Source: the human T2T-CHM13v2.0 reference genome, Homo sapiens
Length of the DNA stretch: 64,000 bases
Strand: one strand, 5' to 3'
NCBI RefSeq assembly: GCF_009914755.1
Contig: NC_060929.1
Shown here: positions 24,788 through 40,399 of the stretch, piece after piece
How the letters are laid out: each line of letters opens with the position of its first letter
How positions within the stretch are numbered: position 1 is the first letter of the stretch
Translations under genes and position numbers: made by a program
The notes under the pieces: generated by a model
What the model was told of the DNA's origin: nothing
The model's database searches: none
Seen by the model: only the letters and a program-made list of their open reading frames with translations

Positions 24788-26654
24788 GCAGGGAGTCCAT
24801 ATAAGCCCAAATTGACTCCTGAGTAAACCAATAATATGAAATTCCTCTAGTGAAAGAGCTCCCAAGCTCTTTCTGCCTCTAGAGATAAGTCAGGTGGACA
24901 CGTATTTGCCTATCTGTCTGTAATGTCCATTTCATCCAAATTATGCAACAGATACACCCCAGAGCCAGAGCCTCTCCCACATCAATTCTTCACTACTGAC
25001 TGGAAAAAGAAAATGAATTTCTAAAGGAAAAAAATATGGGAAATAATTACATTTCTTAACAGCTAAGTGTATTCACATACATGGACTGCATTTGTAATAC
25101 ATTTCTAGGGAAAAATATAAACAAAATATGAATTTCCACTTTGCAGAGATAAAGAATATATTTGACTTTAATTCTATATTTTCAGAAAGTTTGTTAACCT
25201 GTGCAGTCATAATTTGGGAATTTAAGAATAGAAGACAACTTTGAGATCATTTAGTCTAAGATCATCATTTAGAGGAGAAAACTACTTTAAAAATAGTTTC
25301 CCATGCCACTTGATTTACCTAAGACTTAATATTTTCTATATGACTTGGTCATGGGAATAAGTTTTCCACAAGTAGTTAAGTGGTTGATACGTTCATGTCA
25401 GTATTTTTCCAAGGCCATTTCCGGGTTGAAGCATGTTACCCACACGTTTCATGGAAATATTAAATAAATATCAAATGGTGAAATTCAAAGGATTCTAGAT
25501 ATAAATTATACTTTTACAGACAGATGATGCTTAAGTATCCAGTGGCTTAATTCTCTGCCACTCTGAAAGAGTGACTCTATATCTCAGATGATAAAACTTG
25601 GATCTAAATTTAACTTCTGTATGAATTTTCTCCAGCATCTGGGTCATTTTCTAGTATAGCAATTAATCTCTGTGAATAGCATATTTAGAGACCACAAATT
25701 CTAGTTTGGAGAAGAAAAGAACCTTTTGTTTTGTTAGACAAAATTGCTTCCTGTAGCAGGTAAAATAGCCAAGACAGTTATCTACCAGAACCAGGAAATA
25801 TTAATACTATGTAAATCATACACACAGATTTTCTAACACCAAAGGCAACTATGGAATCAAATGGCATAGTATAATACATGGAAATATGGACAAATTCCAT
25901 GTAAGATGCATTTAGCAATCTTAGGGCTATTTCCACTAGGTTATAAGACCATCCATAATCATCTTAGCTTCTAGAGGTTCTGGAAAATGGCCATGCTTGC
26001 ATTGCACCCAGCATGCAGACTGAGGCACTCAGAAAATAGAATCCACTCTCTACTGGTTTATAGTGCCCTAATCAAAGAAAATTCTCATGTTCTTCTGGGC
26101 CTTGAATGTTGGATAGAATGAATCTTGGATTGAATTCTGTCTTTACTACTGCATGGTGTTATCTTCTACTCTCATATTTTCAGATTTCTTGTAGGAAGTC
26201 AGCCCAGATTTGATAAGGTTATAAAATTAATTTTCTTGGGTATATATTAATACACTAAAGATGCATTATTACCTAATTACTAACATTCATTGAGCTTAAT
26301 TTGTTTATAAATACTCTATCATCTGTGATTTTTCTCATAATTAAACATACTGTATAAAATTGATGACAACTTCATTTGCCTAAAAGCTTAAAACCAAAAC
26401 TCTTAAAAAGTTTTAAGGCCTGAGATTATACAAGATTTTCTTAAAATGCATGGAAACTCTAACTAAGTCTACAATCAGATATTGAAGATTCAGAGCTAAA
26501 AAATTTTTCAAAATTTAACTATCTCTGAAGTATGTCCAGTTATCAAGACTGTTTATTCAAGTAGAAAACTTTATCAGTATATTTATAATGATCTTTTCAG
26601 TTATTCATAATCCTTGCATAGGCGAGAGATAACTCAGGTTACCTAAAAATATGG

Positions 26655-26780
26655 TACACATACATCTCTTTCTGCCCTGAAAAGTCACTGTTTTCACGTC
26701 ACCTGAGAATAATTATTAATAGTGTTCACTTTCACTTTCTTAAGTGTCCTGGTTGGGGCAATAAATTATGTGGTAAATTT
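26655..26780 (-). mobile_element. MER94-like hAT MITE remnant
   Basis: taattattaatagtgttcactttcactttcttaagtgtcctggttggggcaataaattatgtggt. Confidence 0.55.
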
Positions 26781-26799
26781 ACCAAAAGATGGGAATCAT

Positions 26800-27785
26800 T
26801 CTAAGGATATGTGGGGAAGTAAGAAAGTATAGGCAAGTGTATCAACCATTAAATGGCCAAGTATAATGGAAGGCTGAAACTTTGGTCAGGATACCTTAGC
26901 GTGTTAAAGACCCCAAAGTAACTCTATAGTCAGAGAGCCAACTGTTAGCAGAGGCAGAATAATGGCAAGAAATTGTTAGGCTATGAAAATGTCAAGAAAA
27001 CTGCCACAAAGCTAGAAAGATGTTGAGAAAAATTACTTTATTGAAGGTTGAAAAAATGGTGAGTCATGTTATGTGGCAATGAAACAACTGGAAAACCGTT
27101 GCCTACTACAACTTGGAAGAAAGGAAATATACTTAATATACTTTTGGATCTTGGTAAGATGATTTTCAGGTAGACTGTTAAAAGGGTCAGTTGGCTTATT
27201 TTAATTAAAAAGGTTTGGAAGATAGTTAAAAAAAGAAATGTTCAATTTTTTGAAGAAAAATGTAAGAGTACTATATAGAGGGACTAGAAATTGCTGAGTT
27301 GGAAAATAAAACTATTTCTCATTTTTAATCCCTTCATTCTGAAAAGATTGTCAAAGTGAAATTCTGCCTGAGGCATAGATCAAATCAAGTGTGTGGCTAT
27401 GACTTTCTTAAGACTTCTAAAATACTTAAAATTTAAGGCAATGTCAAGTAGATACCCCCAACCTTAGTTTAAAAAAAAGAAAAACTTCCTAAGAATCTGA
27501 AGGGCATTTTTCCACTGTAGGCTGCCATGCTGAACATAGAGAGAGGTGCATATCTAAGAGAATTGTGCATGTGGCTTTTAAGGCATGGCATGGACCCAAA
27601 TTAGAGACATAGGAAATGTGGAAAGTTTTTTAGAGAGCCAAGTTATAATTAAACAGTGCTGAGATTAATTAAACAGTTAACTGAATTCTCCAAGTCTCAA
27701 AAAGTCTCTAGGCACAGAAATTCAAATGGCAGGAAGAAGGCTAATAAAGCTATTCAATTTGCAACCATGAACTATTTCTTATGGG
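26800..27785 (+). mobile_element. Second, more diverged MLT1-int fragment
   Basis: 27030-27210 is visibly homologous to 210-390 of the first MLT1-int; later motifs (aagagaattgtgcatgtggctttt) resemble 760-785. Confidence 0.55.
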
Positions 27786-28059
27786 AAACTAACAAGCCTA
27801 TTCTAAATTTATATGGAAATCCAAAGACTATCCAAGACAATATTGAAAAATAACTCAGAGATGAATGAATCAAAGCTAAGTCTTTGAACTATAATGCCAT
27901 ATTTCCTTCAGGTAATGATGATAATGATCAGGCATATTTATGAATGACCTAAAAGACATTATAAATGAACTTCATGTGAGGAACCTAAAATAGTGATGAA
28001 TTAGATAATTGATTATAAAGTCTTCTTTAAAAAATATCAGAAATGTTTGATAAAATACT

Positions 28060-28860
28060 TTTCCAGAACTCTGAACTCTATCTTCATAACTTGGGGAGAC
28101 AGCCAGGCTCTGTTCTTCCCTGTACTGAAGCTTGTAAATTCTTTCTAGGCAGTAAGCTAGAGCAATTGTAGGGCTCACTTAATTTGTTTCCCTGTTCTCA
28201 AGAATCACTGTCCTGTGCTGCCTGTTGTCCAATGTCTGAAAACTATTGTTCTATGTATTTTGTTTGTTTTTAGTTGTTTAAGGCAGTAGGATAAATCCAA
28301 TCCTTTTTTCTCTAATATACCTGAAAGAGGCATCCTCATTTTCTTTTGACTTGCATAGTTTTTGACGAGAAGTCTGTTGTCATTCTTATGTTTATTCCTC
28401 TGTAAGTATGGTCTCTTTTCTTTGGTTGCTCTTAAATTTTTTTTTCATCATTAACTTTCAGCAAGTTGATGATAAGCCTTGGCATGATTTCTGTTGGGTT
28501 TATTTGATTGATGTTCATTGATCTGCTTGGATCTGTGAATTGATGGTTTTCAACAGATTTGGATTTTTTTTTCTTTAAATATTTTTTGTCATTCCCCCCC
28601 TCCCCACTGCTATTTCTTCTCAGATTCAAATTATGCATACATTAGAATGCTTGTTTTTGTCTAATTCGTCCTAATGGTCTGTTCATTTTTATTCAGCCCC
28701 TTTTTCTCTCCTCGTACTTCATTTTGAATAGTTTCTGTGGATTTAATTTCCAATTCACTAATCTTTTCTTTTGCAATGTCTAATCTGTTGTTAATCCCAT
28801 CCAGTGTATTTTTCATTTTATTTGTTAAATTTTTCAACTCTGTTGAGTCTTTTAAAAATA
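28060..28860 (-). mobile_element. Ancient L1M/HAL1-like 5' end and ORF1 remnants
   Basis: ORF 28661-28891 MKNTLDGINNRLDIAKEKISELE is an ORF1 coiled coil; 28060-28330 resembles an L1M 5' terminus. Confidence 0.7.
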
Positions 28861-29177
28861 TTGGAATGTAACTTTCTAAGGGATAACACACAGTTTATGG
28901 AGTTTCTCAAACTTATTTGACCACAAACCCTTTTAAACATGGAACACCTTAACATCTCTAGAGCTAGTATTTTGGACAACACGGTTTGAAAAATGGCACT
29001 CTATATAGAAAAAAAAATCTTCTTTAATGTTTTTAAATCCAGGAAAAGTGTTCATTAGGTATATTAACTGCAGGAGTTTCAATATCCAATATAAACAAAT
29101 TCAAAGAAATACAGTTATTGATAACTGACAGAACATATAGTAAGACATGTTGTAAAGATATAAAATGTAAGATGTTT

Positions 29178-29510
29178 AGCTGAGCATGGTGGCTCATGCC
29201 TGTAATCCCAACACTTTGGGAGGCTGAGGGGGGGGGGTGGATCATGAGGTTAGGAGTTCAAGACCATCCTGGCCAACATGGTGAAACCCCGTCTATACTA
29301 AAAATCCAAAAATTAGCTGAGTGTTGTGGTGCATTCCTGTAATCCCAGCTACTTAGGAGCCTAAGGCAGGAGAATGGCTTGAACTCAGGAGGCGGATAGT
29401 GCAGTGAGCTGAGATCACATCACTGCACTCCAGCCTGGCGACAGAGCAAGACTCCATCTCAAAAATAAATAAATAAGTAAATAAATAAATAAATAAATAA
29501 ATAAAAATAA
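29178..29510 (+). mobile_element. AluS (Sc/Sg-like) with (TAAA)n tail
   Basis: Dimeric Alu; degenerate TSD aaaatgtaagatgt / aaaatataagctgt. Confidence 0.9.
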
Positions 29511-29702
29511 AAATATAAGCTGTCCTATCTAGTTCAGGGCAAGGAAAATGATAAGGTTGTTTATGTTCTACAATGTTTGTGTGTTGTCATTTTGTGTTCT
29601 TATTTAAACTGACAGCTACCTTATATCTCTGCTATTTCTCTATGCTTTATGTTCACATACTTATATTAGGATTGTTTTTGCCTCTATCACTTATGATTCA
29701 TG

Positions 29703-29778
29703 TGTGCTAGGCTAGGACTATGATAAGAATCATTTGTGCTAGGCTAGGACTATGATAAGAATCATTTGTGCTAGGCTA
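29703..29778 (+). repeat. Perfect 32-bp tandem repeat, 2.4 copies
   Basis: Unit tgtgctaggctaggactatgataagaatcatt starts at 29703, 29735 and (partial) 29767. Confidence 0.95.
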
Positions 29779-32179
29779 AAATTGTGACATATAAAAGTTC
29801 TGATAGGTAATATGAACAATAATTTTAGCACATAGTTTTCAAAAAATATATGTTTATCACATGCCTATATTGTTTCTTGTATAAACAATGGAAATAAAGA
29901 AAAACTCAAGCATCCTTGATAGAAATGAACATATTAAATAACTGGTATTTCATCTTTAAATTATTACAAGTAAATATTTAGAGTTATGCTGTTGATTTTT
30001 TCCTTTGTAGTGTAATTTCTTTAAATTCAAAACTCTATGCTTTAACTATATTAGAAGCTAATTCTTTGAAGGTGTTTAAGGTTTATTGTCAATGAAGAAC
30101 AATTCTTAATAACTATCTGTGTTTGTTTATCTTGTTTCCTTCATTTTTTAACTTGTTAGAAGACAAAGGATATAATTATCTTTTTAAAAATGTAATTAAT
30201 TTAAATATGTTAAAAATGTAGTTTTTTATGAATGGATCTTTCTCTTGTCATTTAACATTTCTACAAAATGTACTACATTGATGTATTGAAGTCAGTGTGC
30301 AAATCTATAGATGAAGAAACATCATGGATGTTAAATACAGCTAGGCCACCTTAATTTAGATATGACATGTTAGATATGACATGTGATTTCTGAAAACAAA
30401 ACAGATGTTTCTAATACAATTAGATTGATTTAAACTAGTGATAAAGTCTTTATTATTTGGAACAAATGATTAATCTTTCTTTACCAAAATTGCTGTTGTG
30501 CTTTCTCAACTAGGCATTTTAATTTTCATGTTGACAACCAGTCAGAAAGAATCTATTATAAATGATCAAAGCACATGCTTCATAGGCTAGTTTCTTAAAA
30601 TGACAAGTAGGACAGTTTTGTGATAGAAAAAAGTTGACGCGTGCTTTAATCTCCATATTTTGATGTATTGAACACCACATTGCCTTTGTTGAAATGCATT
30701 TTGTTCTCAAAGCTTTCGCTAAGTGTTTCCTCTTTAAACACTTTGTCAGGTAGATAGATGTTCTGGAGAGGCTATGTTACTAATAGTGTAATGATTGTTT
30801 TACTACCTAACACATGCAGAGAAATTGGCTTGTCTAATATCTGACCGTAAACTGTAGTTCACAAGCTGCAAGACAAACAAACAAAAAAAACAGGAAAAGG
30901 AAAGAAAAATCAAGATTTTCCTTTTGATATTTTTAATATTCAGGGATTAACTATAGCAAGTGAAGTTAATAAAAAGAAAAACTCTATAACATTAATATAC
31001 AGAATTGTCTAGGAATGGAGAGTCTTGGCCTAGGGGCATCAGAATAGAGAGTAACAGATAACTTTAGGTGGCCAGACAGGCCATCGACTTGAGGTATTTG
31101 AAATAGGTAGGAATTTTCCTTTGCCATTTCAGGTGGATAAAATGTAAGGTTTTATATATGCATATTTCTAAGACATGTCATATCTAACTCCAAGCTCAAT
31201 GGCTAAGGTTGAAATAAAGGTTAACATTTTGTAACTCCTGTGTCCTTCCTAGTGGAACAATAGGACTTCCAGAGCTTATGTGGTTTAGGAGAATGGTAGA
31301 GAAGTCTCTGATGACAGTTATTAGTTGCTGTTGAATTGCTCATTGTTTAGGCTTACAGGATTTCATACAGACAAGCAAGTGACTCTGCTGGAGTCATGGC
31401 AGGCTCATCCTTAAGGACCTCATCCCACCTCCCAAAGCCATGACATTTGCTAATCAAAGAGCTCTTAATGAAGAGAGGGATTCTCCACCAGTGACAAAAC
31501 AACGGATCCACACAACTTCTGGGACCAGTCACTTGTTGCTATCGTTCAGGCCGTGGAAATGCAATTCAACCTCTTTGTGGTCAGACTACTCCTCTCTTCT
31601 CCTTGATTGCCCAGGGGACAGCCCTTTTACCCCAGATTATCCACCTTAAATTTTTAGTTTACTCAAGATCTTCAAAAACAAAGCCTGCCTTGCAGTTATT
31701 TTGTAGTACCTAGCAAATGATTTTTCCTGGTCTTGAAACACAAAAGCTACCACTCCTTTCTGGCACAAGGGAGTAGAGAATCCGTGAGCCACAGCCCTGT
31801 CTGCATCTCCTGAAAGAGAAAATTACTTTGTAATTTTTTGAAAACATAAAGCAAAGGGAGACAACACTGATTGATTTCTTCACTATTTACTCCATTTCGT
31901 GTTCTTCTCAAGGCATTTGATACAGTAAAAACTCTAGAGGAAGAAAAAACTAGTGAAAACCAGCAGATATCAGAACATAGGAAAACGGTTAAGAATTAAA
32001 ATGTGAGGTCAGAGGGTACATCTAAGAGTCTCAATACAGCTGGGAAGAGAGGGGCTAAGAGATCAGAGCTCACTTATTCATTACTTCCCTTCTTAAGTTC
32101 CCTCCCAGAATCAAAGTGAGGCTGGCATTTTCCTGGGTTTCCGTGTTGAGATAACAACAACAAAAGGTATGTTTAGTTG

Positions 32180-32400
32180 AGAACTTGCTATGAGCTTATA
32201 TACTGTATAAAGCCAAATACTTTTTACATGCATTATTTTCTTTAATTGCTACAAATCTCCACGAGGTAGGTCTATTATTTTTTTCTTTATCACTGAGCTT
32301 TGGATTGTAAGTAAGACACCCTGCAATTCACACTGACTATATAGTAACCAGAAGCGTAGAGACAGCGCAGGCTTCATGCTTCTCAGTTTCTCAACAGCAT
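32180..32400 (-). mobile_element. MIR remnant
   Basis: tacttttacatgcattattttctttaattgctacaaatctccacgaggtagg. Confidence 0.55.
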
Positions 32401-33059
32401 CATCAAGTACCTTTCTGTCTCTCCATCCTCCCTCTACAATGTTGGTCTTATGCTGATGCCCATCATCCTCTTGGGCAAGGGATATCTTCTGCCAAAAATG
32501 GGGCATCATAATTCCTTGTACATCCAACAGAACCAGTCTCTATTTTGTATTTTGTTGACTCCAAGTAGCTTGAGCCTGCTGATTCATGAAGCAATCACAG
32601 GCAAGGGGCTTGGATATAACAATTATCTTAGAAGAATCATTGAAAGTGGAATGATGTGTGGGAGCCAGCCATGACCATTACATGCTCCATTTTACTTAGG
32701 AGTGAACTAAAGCACTATGAAGTTAAGTGATTTACCCAAGTATAGTTATAATTACAAGGGGCAGTTGCAGGTCTGCCCTGCTACAAAGTGTGCGCTCTTA
32801 ACCTTTGTACTATGGCACTTAGGCACATTCTAGACGTGAGGGACATGGTTTCTCAGAACCATTACTCTAGACCAAGGTAGTCACATTGCTATTGAAAATA
32901 CAAAACTTCCTTTGCAACAAAAACTGCTTTTTAATTCTTCATGATTGAGATGATTCACTGTAGTATAAAAAGAAGTGTCAGAGGGTAAGGTGTTTCAGAG
33001 AATAGTGGATGGAAATTTTGAAGGGAGAAATTGGACCCCGAGGGCAAAAGGATTAATGA

Positions 33060-33375
<316 letters not shown>

Positions 33376-34249
33376 GATCTTTCCCACTCTTAAAGGCTCC
33401 CAGGTAATCGTCCTTCAAATTCCAAAAATGATATTCAGTAAGTGCCAAGAGTGAATCAGACAATATGCACTGTTCACATGTCCTACACAGAGAGTGAGCC
33501 TGGCCTGGCCTGTCTGGTATTCTTGCATCAGTCTTTGATTTGCGGAAGAATGTGCTGGAGGTTCCTCTGGGTGGTACCCGGTTTTTCCAATAACTGGAGT
33601 GTTAGTGAAACAAAGGGGTAAACAGAGTTGTAGTAGAAGAAGCATCAACGAAAGACAACAAAAAAGGTATTTGTGAGATACAGAATATTGTAGGAAAATT
33701 ATATAGTAGTGAGAGATAGTGTAGTCATGTTTGCAGAGGTTTAGCTAAAATGTACCTTTAAAAATCTGACAGATATTTTCTTTGATAGTTATTAAGCTGT
33801 CAAACTTATAGGGCCTTGAAGAACTTCTTTTAAACTGGGGATCAAATTTGGATCTTATATGTGCCTGTCAGATGGCCTGGAATCCTGGAATTGGAAAAAT
33901 TCTCATTGAAAAGCAAGATGATAGTAATCAATGCAGATAATAAGCCAGCACAAGGGATAAAGCACGCTGTTTTGTAAAGATGTTTACTAGCTTCAAAATA
34001 CTGTATTTTTTTATCTAAGCAGGCTAATCAGAATTGAAATTCAGAACGGGTTTCCCCTGGGCTATCCTGATGGGTACTGATCCCACGTGGAAGTGCCAAA
34101 GGCAGTGTATGAATAGAGGATGTTTCAAAAAGTATGCCACAAAAAATGCCTGATGCGAAAGCCTATAGAGTATCTCTGAACTGATTCCCAAATATTTGAC
34201 TCCACCTGGCATCACTTTTCTGAGGATGAAACGTGTATGCATTCAACTC

Positions 34250-34670
34250 TCTCTAGGTAACACTATTTGAATGTGCCACAGGCACTTGAACTGGGTGTGT
34301 ACAAATCTGAGCTCAACTATGACCTTAAATCTGCTTCTTTCATGTTGCCTATCTCAATAAAAGGCAAACATCTGAATAACAAAGACAAATTCTACCACAA
34401 ATCACTGTGGATCTCTGAAACTGTTCTGTCTTAAAGCATTTTTCACCATTAACTCAAGATGAAGTATCCCTCTTCGGTTTTCCTCTTGAATCTTGTGTAT
34501 ACACTATATAGTGTCCACAGTATAGACTGTAATCTTCTGTTTAATCTTTCTGTTTCCCATCCTAGACCTTAAGCATCTTGAGGACAACCACTGTGTTTTA
34601 ATCATCTTCATTTATCTAATGCTTGGATTAGGATAGGTGTTCAATCAATATTGTTTTAAAGACTGAATCA
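34250..34670 (+). mobile_element. L2 remnants
   Basis: tttgaatgtgccacaggcacttgaact; tctgtttcccatcctagaccttaagcatcttgaggac..ataggtgttcaatcaatattg. Confidence 0.55.
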
Positions 34671-35079
34671 TTGAAAGTTTGACCTTATCCAGGCTTATCA
34701 ATAGTAACCATTTCTGAGACTTCTGAAAATACTTAACACTCTTCAGTTATCAAGGAACATGTCTAAACAAGTTCTTTAGTTGAAACTTTCTGGCTTATCT
34801 TCAAATTTAATAATAGTTTAAGGGGCATTGCTTTCTAAGACCCCCAGACATGTTAACACATTTCAGTGATGCCACTAAGATGCTAATATAAAATGGCCTT
34901 GAGGCACAAAATTTTGTACTCAAAAGTAATTCCTAAGAAAAGTACTATCAAAACAAAGCACAGAAAAACCTTTTCCTGTTATCACTGAAAGTTTCAACTA
35001 CATTTTATTTAAAATTTATTTCAATCAAAAGTATTTTTAGAGACCCGTTATTGAGATTAATTTTGTACCTAAATTAGCA

Positions 35080-35689
35080 TGTCTTTCTACTGCATCAATT
35101 TAGCTAAGCTGGAACGTCATTTTCTGAAATTCCCCTCCTTGTGTAGGTCTGTGTTAGAGGTGTCCATAAAAGAAATTTGTATGAGACTAGTAAGGCAGAA
35201 GTGAAGTACATTTAAAAAAAAAAAAAAAACCACTCTGAAAATCAGCAAATGACAAGGAATTATTGCAGCTTACTCACTTTTTCACAGATACCTTAGCTCA
35301 TCTTCTTGGTGCAGGACAGAAGGTATTACTGTAGCCCCTTCAGCACCCATCAGCTTCTCCTTTAGCTTTTTCCAATCATGGGCCAGCTGCGTAAAGGTCT
35401 GTGGCAAGGGATGCCAGTTTATCCTACAGGTTTTCTGCAACAACATGATTGGAAGAGATCAGGGTCAACTTATGCTTATGGGTTCTAAGTTTGTACTGGC
35501 TCTCTCCTTATTCAAATCCATCTTCCTTTCCAACAGTTAGGCCTGTTGACTTCAGACCCAACACCAGCAAACCTCCATAGACTGGTGAATCCGCTCTCAT
35601 AATCATGTTCAATCAAATCTGGCAAAATGTCCCTTATTTTGTGTCATCCAGAGGGGTTCTCCTTCTCTCATCAAACTGTGACTGATACA
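35080..35689 (+). mobile_element. ERVL LTR (LTR41/LTR40-like)
   Basis: tagctaagctggaac..attcccctccttgtgtagg..aagaaatttgtatgagac..aaggcagaagtgaag; ends gactgataca. Confidence 0.6.
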
Positions 35690-37509
35690 CTGAATGGATT
35701 TATGTCACCAAATCCGTAGTGCTGAAATATTTTTTTCAGACCCTGTTACTACACAATTGTCTGCAAGAAAAATGTAAATTTCTAGCGTCCCTGAGTCATC
35801 CACTATAGCAGATTCTAAATTATGTAAAACCACTTCTTCTGCAATTATTGAGGTTTGAAAGAACTTGTAAGATTTTCTATGTCTTCATTTTCAAGCTAAC
35901 AATATAGCACAGCCAACTACATAAGGTCCCACAGTGGCACCTGATGTGTTAAAGGAGGTTTGGGTGAGGATGTTTAATTAATCAAACTGCCTGAGGAATT
36001 TTTCATAAGATATTAACCCTATTATTTTCTCATAAAATATGCTTTTATGGGGAAATATCTTAATATTAGTTTGAACATTTGTCATTTTATTAATGGCCAC
36101 ATAATCTAAAAATTTTCACCCTTTTGGAATGCAAATGACAGCTGAGTGTACTATTATTAATTTCAATATTTAAAGGGGTGAAACATATGTCAGAGTATTT
36201 GGTATACTCTATCAAGACCACTTACATTTTTATGGGAAGTGACCAAAATTCTGGATCAAGTACCATATTTACTTTAAAGGATCATTCCAAGAAAGAACAA
36301 GCATTTCAGTTATTACACACCTCTTGAGACAACTAATTTTTTCATTTTTTACCTCACACTTTGTTGAAAAGATTACAGCTATGGAATAATTATTTGTTAT
36401 ATATTATGGTTGCTGAAAATTGTGATATACTTCCCTAAATGGAGTTTAGAAAATTTATGATTAAGCTGTCGCTATATATCTTGACACTTTCAAGCAAATG
36501 GTTAGACTGAAAGTCAGGTTCAGATGACTGGAAATATTCTAGAAAAATTGTTGGAAACATTTTTTTAATACTTAGTTCCTCATCAATCAACATGCCCCTA
36601 CACATTCCGTTATAGAAGCCAGTTCAGATGAGTTATGCATCAAATATTTTCTTGCTTTAAACCAACTCTATTCAAATTTAGGTGCTTATTTATAAGACAA
36701 ATATGAGAGATCTACCAAAAACACCTTGTTTATTTTTTTTAATATGAGCAACAAAATAGATTGAATTAATTTTGTAAGGGAACACTGTGGTAATATGTAT
36801 TGTGGGACTTTGGACTCTCGAGGTTTTGTATTTACTTGTTACTGAAAAGCAAGGTTTTGTATTTACCAAAAAACAAGGGACACATAGAAAGAAGAGTGAA
36901 AGATATGACCAAGGGAAAGTACAATAATTGGTTACTCAGCTTCATTTGAAGCAAGGATTGATTGGTAAGGACCTGCCTGTTTATTTTCTATGACTATGTT
37001 TTAGCTACTACTCAATTCACTCCTGTCATGTGAATTGAACTCCAAGTTTTAAAAATAAACGGACAAAATATTTATTTTGGCAGATTGTTTTCCTCCTCTA
37101 TTTCTAAAAACTTAAAAGTCGCTAAATAAAATTTGTCAAATACAAATAATTTTTAACAGGTCCTATAAATGACTGATTCTATTAACTATTGAATCAGTAA
37201 AGTAGAATCTCGTTCAGTGCCATGGGAATTATATGAGAGGTCTTTCCTTTTCATCAATAACTGAATACCTCTGTGTTAAACATTTCGTGTTTCTCATCAC
37301 AGATAGTGAGCAAGAAGGAATCTCTCAGGCACCTGATTTGATTCAGTATCTGTGTGAACTAAGGAACAAAGGTTAAAAATCCTTTTGCAAATGATGAGAA
37401 TGGGACTCATTAACAGTAATAAAATTACTTTGAATAAACAAAAATCAAAATTTCATTTCTTCTTTATCTCCTTTTATTCTTGTCTTATTTCAAAAGAACA
37501 CTAAGTTCT

Positions 37510-37727
37510 TCACATGGACACAGGGAGGGGAACAACACATACTGGGGCCTTTCGTGAGGGTGTGGTGGGGGAGAGAGAGCATTAGGAAAAATAGGTAATT
37601 CATGCTGGGCTTAATACTTAGGTGATGGGTTAATAGGTGCAGTAAACCACCGTGGCACACATCTACCTGTGTAACAGACCTACACATCCTGCACATGTAC
37701 CACAGAACTTAAAATAAAATAGAATAA
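37510..37727 (+). mobile_element. Severely 5'-truncated L1PA8-10 type 3'UTR fragment
   Basis: cacatggacacagggaggggaacaacac..cctgcacatgtaccacagaacttaaaat plus A-rich tail; TSD aaaagaacactaagttct / aaaagaacactgtgttct (16/18). Confidence 0.85.
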
Positions 37728-37758
37728 AAAAGAACACTGTGTTCTAAAAGATTTTCAA

Positions 37759-39265
<1,507 letters not shown>

Positions 39266-39839
39266 TCACATTTGACAAAGTATATGTATTTGAACCTCTA
39301 GATAAAGATAGAATTTTAATGTTGAGATGGTTTTCTGTCATGCATATACATGATCTGAACAAGTTCAAACTCATGACAAAATTAGTACCTTTCACTAAAC
39401 TTAACTTGGCTATTTTATCAATGACAAGAGACACAAAGTTCAATGGAGATAGGCTATTAATAGTCTCCTGAAAATGTGCTCAGTATCATTAGTCATCAGA
39501 GAAATGTAAATTAAAACCACAAAGAGATATCACCTGTAGTCACAAGAATGATCAAACTTTAAAAAGAGATTGACATCTTTAAACATTGATCATTAAAACT
39601 AAATTACATATTTTCGTTTTTGTGTATGTGTATACAGATAAGTAATTTATTTTCTATTGAACCTAAAGACAAAATCTATTCACAGGATCTTGTGTGAAGT
39701 TATTAAGTTTTTTTGCTCATTTTTTATTGCGTTGCTTTTTGTTATTGATTTGTAGAAGCTTGTCAAATATTCTGGATATTTAATATTCATATAATTGTAC
39801 TGCAATTATGTTTTCCCAGTTTGTGGCTGAACTATTCAT

Positions 39840-40172
39840 TTTTTAAATTTTTACTTTTTAATTTTTTGGGTACATAGTTGGTATATATATTTATGGGTTA
39901 CATGAGACAGTTTGATACAGGCATGCAATGTGTGATAATCACATTAGGGTAAATGGGGTTATCTGTCACCTCAAGCATTATTCCTTTGTGTTTCAAACAA
40001 TTCAATTTTACTCTTAGTTTTTTTTTTTAAAAAAAGTACAGTTAAGTTATTTTTTACTATAGTCACCCTGTTGTGCTGGCAAATACTAGGACTTATTCAT
40101 TCTTTCTGTTTTTTTTGTACCCACTAACCATCTCCACTTCCCCTGACCCCACCCTCCTCACTATCCTTTCCA
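39840..40172 (-). mobile_element. L1MA (MA2/MA3-like) 3' end within older L1M fragments (~39440-40290)
   Basis: gggtacatagttggtatatatatttatgggttacatgag..tttgatacaggcatgcaatg..actatagtcaccctgttgtgct. Confidence 0.8.
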
Positions 40173-40299
40173 AGTGCCTGCTCATTTTAAATGATTTCTT
40201 TTAATAAGCAGACATTAATTATGGTAAGTTCTAATTTATCAATTTTATCTTTATGATTAATATTTTCTGTATCCCACGACAGCTTTGCCTATCCCAAAC

Positions 40300-40390
40300 T
40301 GCTATGGTTTCAATGTGTCCACTCCAAAATTCAGGTTTCAAAACGTCATGGACAATGCAATAGTATTAAGAGGTGGGGGCTTTATAACCT
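40300..40390 (+). mobile_element. MST LTR 5' fragment
   Basis: gctatggtttcaatgtgtcc..ccaaaattcagg..agtattaagaggtggggc. Confidence 0.6.
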
Positions 40391-40399
40391 TGTAATAAT

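Noticed and set aside
29228-29237. G10 run in the Alu as a G-quadruplex
   Set aside because: A single slippage-derived run; not four separate G-tracts
29703-29778. CRISPR-like 32-bp repeat
   Set aside because: Copies are head-to-tail with no spacers, in eukaryotic DNA with no cas genes
34195-34215. CTCF-like motif (gatgccaggtggag on the minus strand)
   Set aside because: Several mismatches at core positions
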